From assembly GCA_965649765.1 (NCBI GenBank), contig OZ287756.1:64046001-64110000 (forward strand): DNA of 64,000 nucleotides, given 5' to 3'. Shown here piece after piece: positions 49,583 to 62,739 of this stretch. The notes under the pieces are model-generated. The model saw nothing but the letters and a program-made list of their open reading frames with translations. It was not told where the DNA came from and searched no databases. The translations under genes and the position numbers were made by a program. Every line of letters starts with the position of its first letter. Position 1 is the stretch's first letter. This DNA comes from Bispira polyomma. Its lineage: Eukaryota.

Positions 49583-50270
49583 TGAGGCTGACCAAAGCAT
49601 TGGCAACAGTGATTGCAGTGGATTTGGAAAGATAGCGTCGAATCCGCCTGAAATCACGGAGGCCAACAAAACATGATCTACACACCGATGCGACATGGTT
49701 CGAGAAGGAAAATTCAGAGTCGAACACCACACCCAGGTTTCGTACTTTGTCAGCTGGAAAAAACCTGCTGCCAAGAATGTCAAGTGGAAAACAGCTGGAC
49801 AATTTTTCCCGTTGTGACTTGGAGCCAAACAAAATAAACTCAGTCTTCTCAGGGTTCAGCTTGAGTTTATTTGCTGCCATCCAGTGTTGTACATCAACAA
49901 GGCAGTTCTGTAAGGAAGTGAAAGCTACCTGGGCAGAGTCAGGTGTAAGGTGGATGTACAGTTGGGTATCATCAGCATAGAAGTGAAAGTTTATGTTTTT
50001 GTATGCAGCAATAATCTTGCTGAGTGGAGTGGTGTACATGGAAAACAAAATGGGACCCAGGACGGAACCTTGGGGAACACCAAATTTTAACCATGTTGGG
50101 TCGGATAAGATATTGCCAATTTTGACTGATTGGAATCTATCAGATAAATATGCCGTGAACCACTTAAGCGCCATACCGCTGATACCGAACCAGGACGATA
50201 GGCACTCAAGAAGAACTTTGTGATCAATAGTATCAAAGGCTGCTGACAGATCCAGGAGTACTAAGGCAAT
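49583..50270 (-). mobile_element. L2/CR1-type RT internal fragment in intron 1 of gene 2
   Basis: LLDLSAAFDTIDH, GVPQGSVLGP, FYADDTQLY, KLNPEKTE in ORF 49545..50291. Confidence 0.9.
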
Positions 50271-50650
50271 TATTTCTATCAGGAAGAACAATCACTCTAG
50301 GTAACCTTAACCAATCCTGTTTAGGCTTTGAAAAATTCAAGTAAGGTAAAAATACTGTTAATGTCTATGTACAATTTGATGATCTTCTATTATATAAACA
50401 AACGAGTAGAACTAAAATTGATTTTTGAACTCATGTGAAAATGTGAAGGTAAACTCAATCATTTGATCATTAGTCAGAATCAAGGAATATAAATACTCTC
50501 GATAGTAAATGTAAACATTTAAATACAATTCAAAATCAGAAGCTATATTTTTATGAATCTCTGAGATGCTGGAATATTTGTTTCATAAAATGTGACAAAT
50601 ATTTTAATAAAATTACAGTTAATGTGTACAATTTTTCATATATTTCACAG

Positions 50651-50722
50651 AGTCCCAATGGCTGTCAGAAGAACACACGATCTTGCAGTTACTGAATTCC
50701 TCAGTACATAAAACCTTTACAG
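50651..50722 (+). CDS. Carbohydrate sulfotransferase gene 2, exon 2
   Basis: 72 bp, CACAG/GTGACA, reading ESQWLSEEHTILQLLNSSVHKTFT. Confidence 0.75.
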
Positions 50723-50803
50723 GTGACAGTTTAACTATAGTTTTGGTTCGTCTACTACATGTATACAAATTGTAGTTGAACTTGATTTTAATGTCGTTTT
50801 TAA

Positions 50804-51668
50804 GGTTTTAGTAACGTAAACACATAAATACGTCGGCGATAAATAAAACTACATTTGCGCTACTTCAATTTCATCTATATACACACTATGGCAGCCTTAA
50901 AATGATTCTTTAGTAGCATTTTAAACTATTTTATTGGTGCTTACACAATTTAAAACTTCGGTAGTTTGTCACAAAGTGATTAAAAAGCCCTATAACGATT
51001 TTTGTGTTGTGACGTCACACAATTTGAAATCTATGGAGGAACGTCATATTTGTAAACAATTCTCGCAGAGAGCTCCGTCTATTGTGACACAATACGAGTA
51101 TTGATTCAACACATATGCAGATATTATATATGCTAAACAACTTTAAAAAACATGTATAGTATTTCTAATGATTTCGATTTTTGAAAATGTTTCCTTATTT
51201 TATAAAAACGAAGAACACAAACATCTTTCTTTTTAGAAGAGTGTAACTTTAATGTTATTCTAAAATTATCCCTGTTTTTGTGCTTTTATTGAAAAACTAA
51301 TTCATTCAAAATAATGCTGATGTTTTCCTTTTTGTAGTCATGTATAATACTTCAGTATTAATCCCTTTTTGGTATATGGATTGTGTCACATTTGTGAAGC
51401 ATGTACTTTAAAAATATTACCCATTTTGGTTACAATTTGACACACTGTATGACTCAAGATACTCATTAAAATGATACGTAAAATGTATGAATTAGTATAT
51501 ATTTAAAATATATGTCATTCTTTATTATTTCTACTCATAAAAATGTAAATATGTTATCCATAAATCAAGTTTAAGGCCACAAAGGAAAAGTTGTGCAGTT
51601 TCTGAGAAGCTCGAGCACACATAATGTGATTATCGGCAAACGTTTTTGGTGTTTACGTTACTAAAGCC
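50804..51668. mobile_element. Non-autonomous DNA transposon, Kolobok-like (TTAA TSD)
   Basis: TIR GGTTTTAGTAACGTAAACAC / GTGTTTACGTTACTAAAGCC. TTAA at 50800-50803 and 51669-51672. Purine-purine termini. Absent from intron 2 of gene 1. Confidence 0.8.
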
Positions 51669-52169
51669 TTAAGACTGTGTATGGATTACATTGGACAAGA
51701 AGAAGTTCATAACCGATGTTATGTCACCGGGAATGTTCAGATGACACATTGATTCTATACATAGTAAATCAGATTGAAATTCTACATAAAAACCTACATA
51801 TTCTACAAAGACTTTAACCATTAAAATAATTTTTAGCATTGAAAATGTTGTAATATTACTATTTCAATTGATATTATTGTGCTTTGGGTTACATAATTTC
51901 CAATTTGACATTTCTTAAATATAGCATAAAAATTTTATCAAAATTAGTAATAAAATATTTGCAATAATAGTCATACAGAAAAAACAATGTTGGGCACTTA
52001 TCTTTCAGTATCTTCATTGTGTACATTGTTGCAGACATCTACAAAGCTAAAATAATTTCACTTAAATACACCAAAACAGTGGAACGACATTTGCTTACCA
52101 TTATAAATATTGTACTACATGATATAATTGTGTCATATTTTTTGTTGTTGATGTCTGTCATCTGTTTAG

Positions 52170-52767
52170 ATGAAAATAAATTCATTCAAAAAGCAAGAGC
52201 CCAGAGGTTACAAACATTCTGTAAGAAGTGGAGCGCAGACCATACATACAATGAGTCTACCCTAGTTGAGAAGAATGTGATGATTGATGACACACACAAG
52301 ATCTTGCTATTGTCCATCCCCAAAACAGGCTGTACAGTGTGGAGGTGGACTATCTACAATAGCACAGCCAAAGTAACAACAGATTTTGAAGATGGTCAAA
52401 AGCTAAAATTTATTCACACCAAAAATTTTCTGCAGTCTCAAGGCTTCCGAATATTCATCAACATGTCTGAACAAGAAAAGGCTACACTGCTGGTCGATTA
52501 CTTCACCATTTTAACCGTAAGACATCCTCTTGACAGACTAGAGTCGTCCTATGTTGATAAGATTGTTAACTATGAAAGTGTTAATGAAAAGTTTCGGACA
52601 AGAGTGATAAAACACAAGATGGATAGTGAAGGTCAGTTGGATAACTCTGTAGTAGATCTGACCATGAATGTCACCTTTGAGGACTTCTTGTCATATGTTC
52701 TGTTCAACTTTAATGGTCACTGGGACAGTGTCATGAACCTGGCCATGCCTTGTATGGTGAACTACAA
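52170..52767 (+). CDS. Carbohydrate sulfotransferase gene 2, exon 3
   Basis: 598 bp, TTTAG/GTAAGT. Contains SIPKTGCTVWR and VRHPLDRLESSY. Confidence 0.9.
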
Positions 52768-53599
52768 GTAAGTCATTTTCTATTTTGCCACTAATAGAAG
52801 TGTTGTTGGCAATATTTAAAAAAAAGTGTTAATAAGTGTTTGAATCCCAAAGTGTAGAAAAAGACTGCTCTTGCCCATAATGTTAGAGCTGCTAGCGACA
52901 TGTGTCAGTGGTGTCTTGACAGTCGACAAAAATTCGAAAAATATGTAGAGAAATGTAATATAAAGCTGATTGGAAAGTAAATGTAGACACCAACAGTTAA
53001 CATGTTTTACAAATAATAACAATATTTTTGTAATTATTTCTACTATGAATATCAATTTACTAATACACATCAATTCAGTCCTACATTTTGTGTAATGTTA
53101 TTGCTATACCTTGGCATCAATATATTCCTGTTGCAAAAGATTGCATCTTGTCTAAACCATAATATTATTTGTGACGTATTTTTAGTGCCACAGTATTGCT
53201 CATTTCTCTGGGTAGTTCTTGAATTGGCAGTAAATATTTCTAGGTCACTGTATTATCAATGGTAAAACCTTAAAAAGGTGAAATTACACCTACTGTACTA
53301 AACTCATTTTGCATATTTTTAGCCAATTGTTTGTGTTACTGATTTGTAATATTGTCTATTGTTCCCTAAACATTAAAAGAAATGTAATACACTTCCACTT
53401 TTACTGCATTGTTCAACGGGTGTAAACAAACTGTGTTATAGCCCCTCTATGTTTAGATAATTTTTTGTGGTGTACTATTGAGTTACCTTAATGCTTTTTT
53501 TCATGATTATTTTCTATAGGATATTAAATTGCACGGTGTAATAGAAATAAATTGAAATTTTATTTAATGCTCTGTGTTGTTTGAATATAATTATTCTAG

Positions 53600-53897
53600 A
53601 TATATCTCCAAGACAGAGACTTTGAATAACGACCTTGAATATATTATTAAATCCAGACTTTCCAGAAATGGACAACCTCAATTCTTCAACACTAACCAAA
53701 AATCCAGCCCAATAACCCTCCACCAAGGCATGCTTTTGACTTTGTTCTCTGAGCTGAGAGATCCACAGAAGTGGATTAAACAGTTAATGAAATTATACCA
53801 GGATGATATGGATATGTTTGGATATTCATATACAGTGCAGAAAGGAAAGTTGTACGCACAATGTACTTCATATTACAAAGAGACTATTTGTATTTGA
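53600..53897 (+). CDS. Carbohydrate sulfotransferase gene 2, exon 4
   Basis: TCTAG acceptor, YISKTETLNNDLEY...LYQDDMDMFGY. The exons sum to 1080 nt (359 aa plus stop). Confidence 0.88.
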
Positions 53898-54449
53898 ACT
53901 GATAGATTATATATGCCTGTATAGGGTCAATTTCGTAGCTGTAGGTAATCTGTTTTAATTATATTGGTACTTTTTGTAAAGATAAATGATCGTAAAAGAT
54001 GGATTTCAACAAAGGGGTTTATTTGTCTATGTTTATTTTGTATGTGGTGTCCATTTTCATGGTAACCTGCTAATCTGCAGAGAGAACCTGGGTAATCCTT
54101 GAATTGACTCGATGTTTCTGGTATGTAATAGACTTACTTAGCAATAAACATGATCTGTGTTTGGCCTGAACCTGGGAAAAAGACACATATTTTGTCAATG
54201 CCCACTTAAAATGGCGATTCACTGTAGTAGGGTCCTATTTCCATGGCAGGCTAAACAACCTTGTGGATACAACAATAACAAACTAATGCAGATTTCAATT
54301 CATTCAGGTTTTTCAGGTTGGTTGGATTTGTTATGTAATCAGTTTTAGGTAATGTAGGCTTCTGGAAAATCTGCTGTATCAGTCAAAATACAAGGTCTGC
54401 ATATGATATTATTCACTTTAACAGTTCAAACAAAAACTGTCTTTTTTAA

Positions 54450-57400
54450 CTAAATGAAAGTTTTGCTGAGTCGTTTTTTTGAATTTTTTCCCTTTTATTG
54501 CTCACTTTGCTTGGTCGGGAGTGCTGTGTTTTGTGTTTTCTGAGCTGTTTTTTTTAATTATAGTTCTAGTAAATTAACTACACATAGTAATATTAACTTT
54601 ATAGTACTGTAAAGTTGTCTCTTAAATCTGGATTATTTATCTTGTTGGCTGTATCACTTATTGTCTATATGTTCCAAATATGCACCTACTACATGTTTTT
54701 TGTGCGTTGGTCCTCATCCGGTTTCGATCTGTTATGGGTAAATATAAATCGCCGTCATCATATAAATCCTGGATCCAACCCTCTTTAACTTCTTCTCTTG
54801 ATAAAGTGCATGTGGCCATTCTCTGCCAGAGGAAAAATTCATTTTTTTCAAATGAAGATCCACATGTTGTTCCGTTCTGGTCATTTCTTTTGCTATCCTT
54901 GTCTGGTGACATTCAGGTAAATCCTAGCCTTAAATGCTTTACTAAAAATTCTTTGAAAATTGGCACCTTTAATGCGAAGTCCATCAGGAACAAGGGCCCC
55001 TCAGTTGCGGACAGTATACTTAGCAACAAACTTGATGAGGCAGGTTTCACTAAGACATGGATTGGACAAAATGACACACACTCTTTTCTAGCTAGTATTA
55101 CCCCTCCTGCATACAAACTTTTTCAAAAGCCCCATAAAGATAGGAGAGGCAGTGTAGTCGGCGTCTTTGTGAAAAAAGATTTTTAATGTCACTGAAATCA
55201 ATCTTCCTAATTTTGCCTCATTCGAATCCATCTACCTAAAAATTACTCTAGTCCTTTTTCCTTTTGCCTCTTGACGGTTTACAGGCCACTATTTCTCTCA
55301 AAATCTTGTTTTATCTCTGACTGGACCGATCTCATGGAAATAATTAATACTAGATCTTGTGAGACGTTAATAACAGGTGATTTTAACATCCATATGGACG
55401 AAGGCGACAGCTGGTCTACAGACTTCACAGAACTACAAACCAGCTTTGATTACACGCAACACATTACTAAAGCAACCCACATTCATGTTCACATTTTAGA
55501 CCTGGTAATAGCAAAATCCGACTCCCCATCTTTGTTGAATCATTCGTGGCTGAGGATATTTCTGACCATTTCACTGTTGGCCTCTACATCAAATTTCCTC
55601 ACACATACACAATTTGTAAAATATCAAGTTTAGAAATATTAATACAATCAACATTGACAAGTTTAAAAGTGACATCCCATACTCCGAACTTCTCAAAAAC
55701 CCAATGACAAATGACACTGATCACTGTGATCAATATAAAACTGTCCTGAGCAATATCATAGCCAATCATGCCCCCCTTCGGGAAAAAAACGTTTCGTTCC
55801 ACCCAGACTACAGCTGGATCACCCCAGAAATCCCTATTGTCAAGAAGTGGAAAAGGTTCCTGGAGAAAATATGGCACCACACTAAATCCAGGGTTGATAG
55901 GTCACACTACAGAGTGGCTGTCAACCGTCAAAATAGGCTTCTGTCAAAAGCCTAAGAAAGATCACTATGATTCTCTTATCTCAAAAAGTTGTACAGACTC
56001 AAGGAAATTTTGGTAATCTGTGGAGAAGATACTTCATAAAGTTACAGATCCAGTTCTGCTGGACTGTAACAACTTTTCTGAAGCTGCAAATTCATTTGGA
56101 AAATTTTTCTCAGGAAAGATTAATAAAATTTGTGTGGCTTTCAAAACATCCACCTCTCTCAACACCCCAACTCTACCATACAAACCAGCTACCTTAAATA
56201 AGTTTAGAACACTCAGCAGAGATGAAGTCCTCAAAATCATTACTTCATCCCCTTCCAAACAATGTGACCTAGACCCTATCCCAACTTCCTCACTTAAGTA
56301 TTGTATAGATATCCCATTAACTCCAATCGCAAACATCATAAACAACTCACACTAAGAGGGCTGCTTCCCCAAATTGTTTAGAACTGCCAATGTAACTCCC
56401 ATACTCAAAAAGTCAAATCTAGACAGAAATAACCTTAAAAATTACAGACCAGTATCAAATCTAAGCTTTATCTTAAAATTGATTGAGAAAGCTAAAACAG
56501 CACTTCTAAAAATTAGCAGTGACATCAATATGATCTTAGATGGCCAATGCTTTTGTCAGTAGTAGACTGGATTACTGTAATTCACTTTTCAGGAGTCTCT
56601 CAAAGTTTAATTTATGCAAATTACAATGCATTCAAAATAGTGCAGCTAGAATTGTGTCAAACACCAGTCGATACACTAGTATAACTCCTGTTCTTAAGAA
56701 ATTGCATTGGCTCCCTGTTGAACAGCGTTCAGTGTTTAAGACAGCTACACTTGTTTATAAGTTTCTCCACACTGGGTTTCCAAAGTATTTTGCCCCATAT
56801 CTTTCCACTTACAGTAGTTCCTACAATACCAGACGTAGTCAGAGTGGTAGTAATTTCCTTGTTGTTCCGAAGTTCCACCCATCTACTCAAAAGTCGGTTA
56901 AACAGTTTGGTCACAGCTTTGCTTTTGATGCTCCCATTGTTTGGAATGGTCTTCCTGATGTGATTCGTGCTTCGCCCTCACTAGCCTGTTTTAGAAAGAA
57001 GCTTAAAACTCACTTGTACACTAAAGCATATCCACCTTGGTCTCAATCATCCCCCGGCAAGCTCTATGTTGCTGACCCTTTTTCTGTCTCTTGATTTTGG
57101 AAATTGGATAACTGTCTTTTGTGCTGGTGCGCCTTAGAGTACCCTTTGTTTAGGGGAGATTGAGCGCAATAAAAGTCTAATTACAATTACAATTACAATA
57201 GATAGGGGTGGTGTGGTTGCCCTTAACTTTCTCGATTTGTCTGCTGCATTTGACACAATAGACCACAAGATACTTTCTGAATATCTTAATTCTTAGTTCA
57301 GGCTATCTGACTCGGTTCTTCAATAGATTAAATCCTATCTTGAATGCTGTGATCAAATCATCAGGGTCAATGGAGCTAAATCATCTCCCTTTGATCTCCC

Positions 57401-58420
57401 GTTTTGTGTCCCTCAAGGTTCTGTCCTAGGGCCCCTGTTTTTACTGTACACTACTCCACTACTACTACTATAATATCCTCACACCACAATATTAGCTATC
57501 ACTTCTATGCAGATGACACACAGATCTACTGCTCCCTCACTCCCAAAAATTGTTCTCAGATCGTGACAAAACAGAATTCCTTCTTATTAGCTCCAAAAAT
57601 CAGAGGGAAAAGGCTTTTGACTTCTTCCCTACTATTCTCCTTGGTAATAGCACTGTTCCTGCTGACAGTGCAAAGAACCTAGGAGTTATTTTTGACTCTG
57701 ACTTCTGCATAAAAAACATGTCTCGAATATCTGTCGTTCCTGCTACAGCAACATTTGTGATTTTCGTAGGATTCGACGACATTTAACCCAAGTAAATACC
57801 ATTGCAGTGGCAAATGCCCTGGTATCAGGTCGACTAGATTACTGTAACTCACTACTGTATGGAATTGGACAATTAAATAAACAAACTACAGAGAGTACAA
57901 AATAACCTATGCAGAATAGTAAGCCATGCTGGCTCTCGCACTCACACAACTCTGTTGTTCCTGCTGAAACAATTACATTGGTTACCTATTGAGTTTCGTA
58001 TTAAATTTAAGGTAATTGTCCTCATTTTTAAGACAGTCCATGTACATCAACCTGCCTACTTATCACCTATGCTGTCACTCAGCAATCTCACCAGAGGCAA
58101 TCATCTCTCCACCTCTGGTTTCCTACCAAAAAAACAAGCTGGTTCAAAAGCATTCTTAGTTACAGCACCTGCAGAGTGGAATTAGCCTCCCTACCAGTCT
58201 TCGGACTGAGACAAGTATCACAGGTTTTGGAAAGCTTAAAACACATCTGTATCAGCTGGCTTTCCCACCCTAGCATACATCTAATGGTCACGACTGAATC
58301 TCTGACCACGAACCTTTTCCCGTCTGCCGGACTATGCTTTTGCACACTTACTAGGATATGCGCCACAGAGGATGCCTGGTCATCACTTGTGGTGCTATAG
58401 AAGCATAAACATTAACACAT
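54450..58420 (+). mobile_element. Degenerate L2/CR1-type LINE (APE-RT), near-complete ORF2
   Basis: LSGDIQVNP, FNAKSIRNK, TGDFNIH, CDLDPIPT, NYRPVSNL, DLSAAFDT, YADDTQ, LHWLPI. Many frameshifts. Confidence 0.85.
56542..57198 (+). mobile_element. Nested 5'-truncated L2/CR1 LINE 3' end
   Basis: ANAFVSSRLDYCN...KLKTHLY, (ATTACA)n tail, TAGAT TSD at 56537-56541 and 57199-57203. Removing it restores MILD-RGGVVALNFLDLSAAFD. Confidence 0.88.
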
Positions 58421-59399
58421 AACAGATGTTACAGATATTAGATAGATTTATACAGAGATAGATTCAAGCTGCTGAGGAGACAGAATCCAGGTTTCATGTG
58501 GGAGTCACACTTTAGGAGGAGGGCGAGGAAGAGGGGGTTCCATAGGGGGAACCGGAAAAACAAGTGAGGGTGGGGAGGGAAAAAGAAGTAAAGAGGCCCT
58601 GGGAGGGAACTCAAGTGGCCTTAAGTGACCATGACTTATCTGCCGATGATCACTCTGTCACAAATATGTTTGCAAACTTTATACCCATTTTCCATTATGC
58701 TAATCATAGAGCCTTTGTTTCGATAATAGATCCGGGTAATTATTGGAGAGGTCGGGGGTTACAACAAATTATTGTTTCCCATCGCAGAGACTTTCAAACA
58801 TGTTTCATAACCTCTGTGAGCAGGGACGAATATGGGTGCCACAGCCAATAATTCTGGGCCAATCAAGGACAATTGTAAACCACTAATGACTTATTATTAC
58901 CTACTAAAGAGCTATGTTTTCAATTTTTGTCTAAATCGTTTGAAAATACATCTCACTTTATCTTTCCATTACAAAAATAGGCGGGGGGCAATTCAAGTTA
59001 TCCTTTCAACCCCAAGTTATCATTATTGTCATTTATCAAAGATAAATTTTTGTCTACCCCCCATTGAAAAGATAACTCGGAGGAAGCAAATGGTTAGTTT
59101 TTATAAAGCCCTGATCAAAAAGATAGGTAGGGTCAAACAAGCAATAAGTCCTTGGTGCCAGCTGATTGAAAACATAACCCGGGAAACAAAAGATAGGTCG
59201 GGGGAGTGAAACAATAGATGACGGCGCGAAATCTTTTTGGTTGTCGCACATTTTGGAGGCGGCGTTAGGGTATATTTGGGACCGTAACAGCGTTCTACAT
59301 TTATTCAGCTACAGCATCTTGGAAACTTCACAACTATCAACAATTCTACAGACAGTAATTATTATTAAGAATATTATTGATATTATTATTGAAAATATG

Positions 59400-60500
59400 A
59401 CTTTGCTGTGGGACCAAAACCAAAGGAAAAAAGACCAGGAAGAGTAGGATGGAGAAACATGTGGAGCCACAGGATGAGGAGAACCGACAATTTGATGTGA
59501 GAATACCCCTTGTCATCCTTGAGACACAGATTTCTCAGCGTTCACAGACCCTGATGATTGAGCAGGAGGGAACTCAGGAGACTTATCTGGAAGATGAGGG
59601 TAACAGACCTGGGGATGGAGAGGTGACTTCAATATTCAAGAAACAGAAGAAGGGGAAAATGCATACCGTCATGTTTATTGACACAAAGGAGGAGACACTG
59701 GAGGACTTCTTGTGGGATCATGAATGGCTATGTAACAAAATAGACCCAAAATACACAGACATCCAGGTTATAGACATATTGTGGCTGGAGTTCTTTTCGG
59801 GCAAGGGATTCAACATAAAAGAATTGAAGAAGTGGTGTTAATCACAGAGGACTATCTATGGCAAACTGAGCATCAGAAAGTCCAGCTAGGCACCACCTAT
59901 GTTGACAGAGAGGCAACATTGGGTAAAGAACACCTCTGACTTTTTTAAACCTCACATCATACGACATGTCTCCAGAACAGCTGGCTTCAGACCTGTCGCA
60001 TCTGCCTCATTGTCCGTGTCTCCAGGAGAATTGCAACTCCTGTACGAGTGTCCCAGTCAGATACAGATTAGGGAGCTCAAACAGAGATGGAGTCTTTCTT
60101 GCTGATACCATCTCCTGGGAGTACTTGAAGCAGTCTTCAGTGTGTGCCACATGAATCCCGAACCCCGAGGTGGCACTGTCTAGTGAGCTGAGGAACACTC
60201 TGGCCATGATGCAGGATACCATCTCAGGCTTCTTTAACTATCCCATCAACCCCAAGGCGGAGGGACCGAGCAACAGTACATGTACAACAACCCCAGATAA
60301 GAGTGTCATGACCTATTCAGCCCTCACCTGTGAGCAGTCAGTTCTCACCTCTTAATCAGTGCATGAACAGATTCCACACTGAACACTCCAACCAAAGTCG
60401 TGCCTAGTACTGAACCACGATTCAGCACTGCAACCACTGATGTATAAACGCCAGCCTCTTCTGCTCCTCCAACTTCATCAGTCCCAAAATGATTATTTGT
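59400..60500 (+). pseudogene. Harbinger-type Myb/MADF-like DNA-binding ORF relic
   Basis: FLWDHEWLCNK..PKY.D....D.LW...LKKWC*SQRTIYGKL...LTERQHWVKNTSDFFKPHI. Shares blocks with 32570-32960. Confidence 0.65.
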
Positions 60501-61645
60501 CTTTATGAACAATAATTTAGGAAATCACGGGTAATAAAAATAATGGATGAACGAGGGCAACTAGCATGAGGGATTTTTAGTGTAGAATTATTACAATAGT
60601 ACTTGCAACAAATACAAATACAACTGTCATTTTTGAAATAGTTAAGTTAAAATAACAATACAGTTGCTTCTGTACCGTTTGAAGATTGAATCCTTTTGCT
60701 ATTCAATTGCAGAAAAACGCCCAAAATGCCCAATCGTGATATTAATACACAAAAACACCACTTCCGTTTAGAATTTCATCTTACTTTTCGGGATTTAGGA
60801 GTGGTTGTTGCTGAGGACGTGTCCCCTTGTTTTTAATTTTTTCTTTCTTTTCTTTTCTTTGTAAAAATACGATTCACCCTTTGACCTACTATTTACCCAT
60901 TTTTTGGTGATGTTCTTCTTCCATTTAATGAAACTGTATGTTCGGGGATATATACAAGATATAAAGGAAAGTTGGATTACATTTTATTAAACGATATTAA
61001 ACGACAAAGGGTGGTAAATGTACAAAATATACCTTAATTCAATAAAAATGTTATTATTTGATAAATATTTGATACAATATTACCTGATATGCACACATAT
61101 TTTATTTATGCTTTACTTCAATAACATTTCTTCAGTTCACCTGACTAGCTTTCCCATAATTATGATCAACTATAATAGCACTGTGCACTGTGTTTTTGCA
61201 TATATTCTGGAATTAAAAACAAAATGATCACATTTTTATAAAAATATCAATATAAAAGTATTGCAAATAGAAGATTAAAAGTAAAATGCTGAACATTTTA
61301 TAAAATTTTCCTCATATACACAAATGGTTTGGTTCGATGTAATTTTTTGACCAATAAAATCACTTCATACTAAAATACCTTGAACTTAGCTGTTATAAAC
61401 TTCCTATCGTAGTATCTGATTGTCATATACAAAATATTCTACCCTAAAAATAAATAAATTGTGTTTGATTTGATGTCAAATCTGCCACCTTTTATAATCG
61501 GCTTTGGTAAGCAATATAAGACGTCAGTGATAATAATGACCTTACTATAACTACTGCTTGTGATGCATCGATCTTCACCCTAGATTGAAAGTTCGTTTAA
61601 ATTACCTTTGGGAATTCCACAAATTCATTAAAATATTATATTATC

Positions 61646-61813
61646 GCCTGGTGGCCTAGTGGTTAGCAAGCATCTCATTTCGCAATCACAGGTCTCTCAC
61701 CTCCGGGATCGGCTGGCGTGGGTTCGACTCTCGTAGATGCCTATGTGGGAAAGGTGGTAGTTTCTTACTGTGGGCAACTGGTTTCAGTGCAGAACTGTAT
61801 GCAGTGTTTCCTC
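61646..61813 (+). mobile_element. tRNA-derived SINE
   Basis: A box TGGCCTAGTGG (61652-61662) and B box GGTTCGACTC (61721-61730), followed by a non-tRNA body. No cloverleaf acceptor stem. Confidence 0.65.
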
Positions 61814-62739
61814 TAGTTTTTTAAACTACCAGTCCCAATATAACCTAAACAGGTACTAGAGTGGACTTTAAATATCCGGATTAAAAAAAAACTCTGCCAG
61901 ATCAGCAAAGCACCACTGGGTCCCTCTGTCTTCGTCTCAGTGGTGTCCTTCAAAAACCCTGTGTGGCTGTTCTTTATCTGACCTATTCTGTCTTCCAGCT
62001 CTGTGCAAAGTTCAGCTGTTGGGGTAGGGGTCAACCCCCCATAAGCGGAACACATCTTGGAGAGTCTGCCAGGCTTGTGTAGACTCAGTTTGCCGTAGAT
62101 TGTATGCTGTGACTGGAACCACTTCTTAACCTCACATCCAATCCCATTGCAAATCTTCCTTCTACTGTGTGTCCTTATACAGTATGTACCTCTTATAATA
62201 TAGCCAATCCTAATACCTGAAAAAATCCACTACAGCTTCATCCGTTTCATATGTCAGTAAAATGGTCCTTCTTTCCCCCTTCTTCTGCCTCCTGATGATA
62301 TTACCCATTTCAATGTCCCGTGTCCTATGTCTTAATTGTCTCATCCTGAGGCAGCAGACCTATCTGTATATTTGCATTTTAACAAAGGTTTCGATTTACA
62401 AGACCCAGATTTGTAGGGACGACATCAAGTGTGTTGAATTATGTGGCATTTTCAGTACTACTCTTATCTTGCCATTTGTGAATGTCAGCGTTCAATGATT
62501 CATGCTGCTTTATTATTGACATTATCTCTGATATTTCACTACAGTACCAGTAGAAAACGATGCTTGCTGTACGTCAAGCATCATTGTAACTTCTTTAACT
62601 GAGGAACACTGCCGGGAGTTTTTTTGTTTCTACCTCTGTCTGTATTAGTGGAATAAAATGTTTAAACATAGAAAAGTCTAAATCGTATGACAGTTAATTA
62701 AAATTTTTGAGAAAACAAGAATATCTGCAGCTGTCTCAG

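Noticed and set aside
61646-61740. tRNA gene
   Set aside because: A and B boxes are present, but the spacing is long, there is no acceptor stem or oligo-T terminator, and the sequence continues into a SINE-like body.
61815-62250. Minus-strand LINE remnant
   Set aside because: Only vague similarity by eye, with no diagnostic motif recovered.
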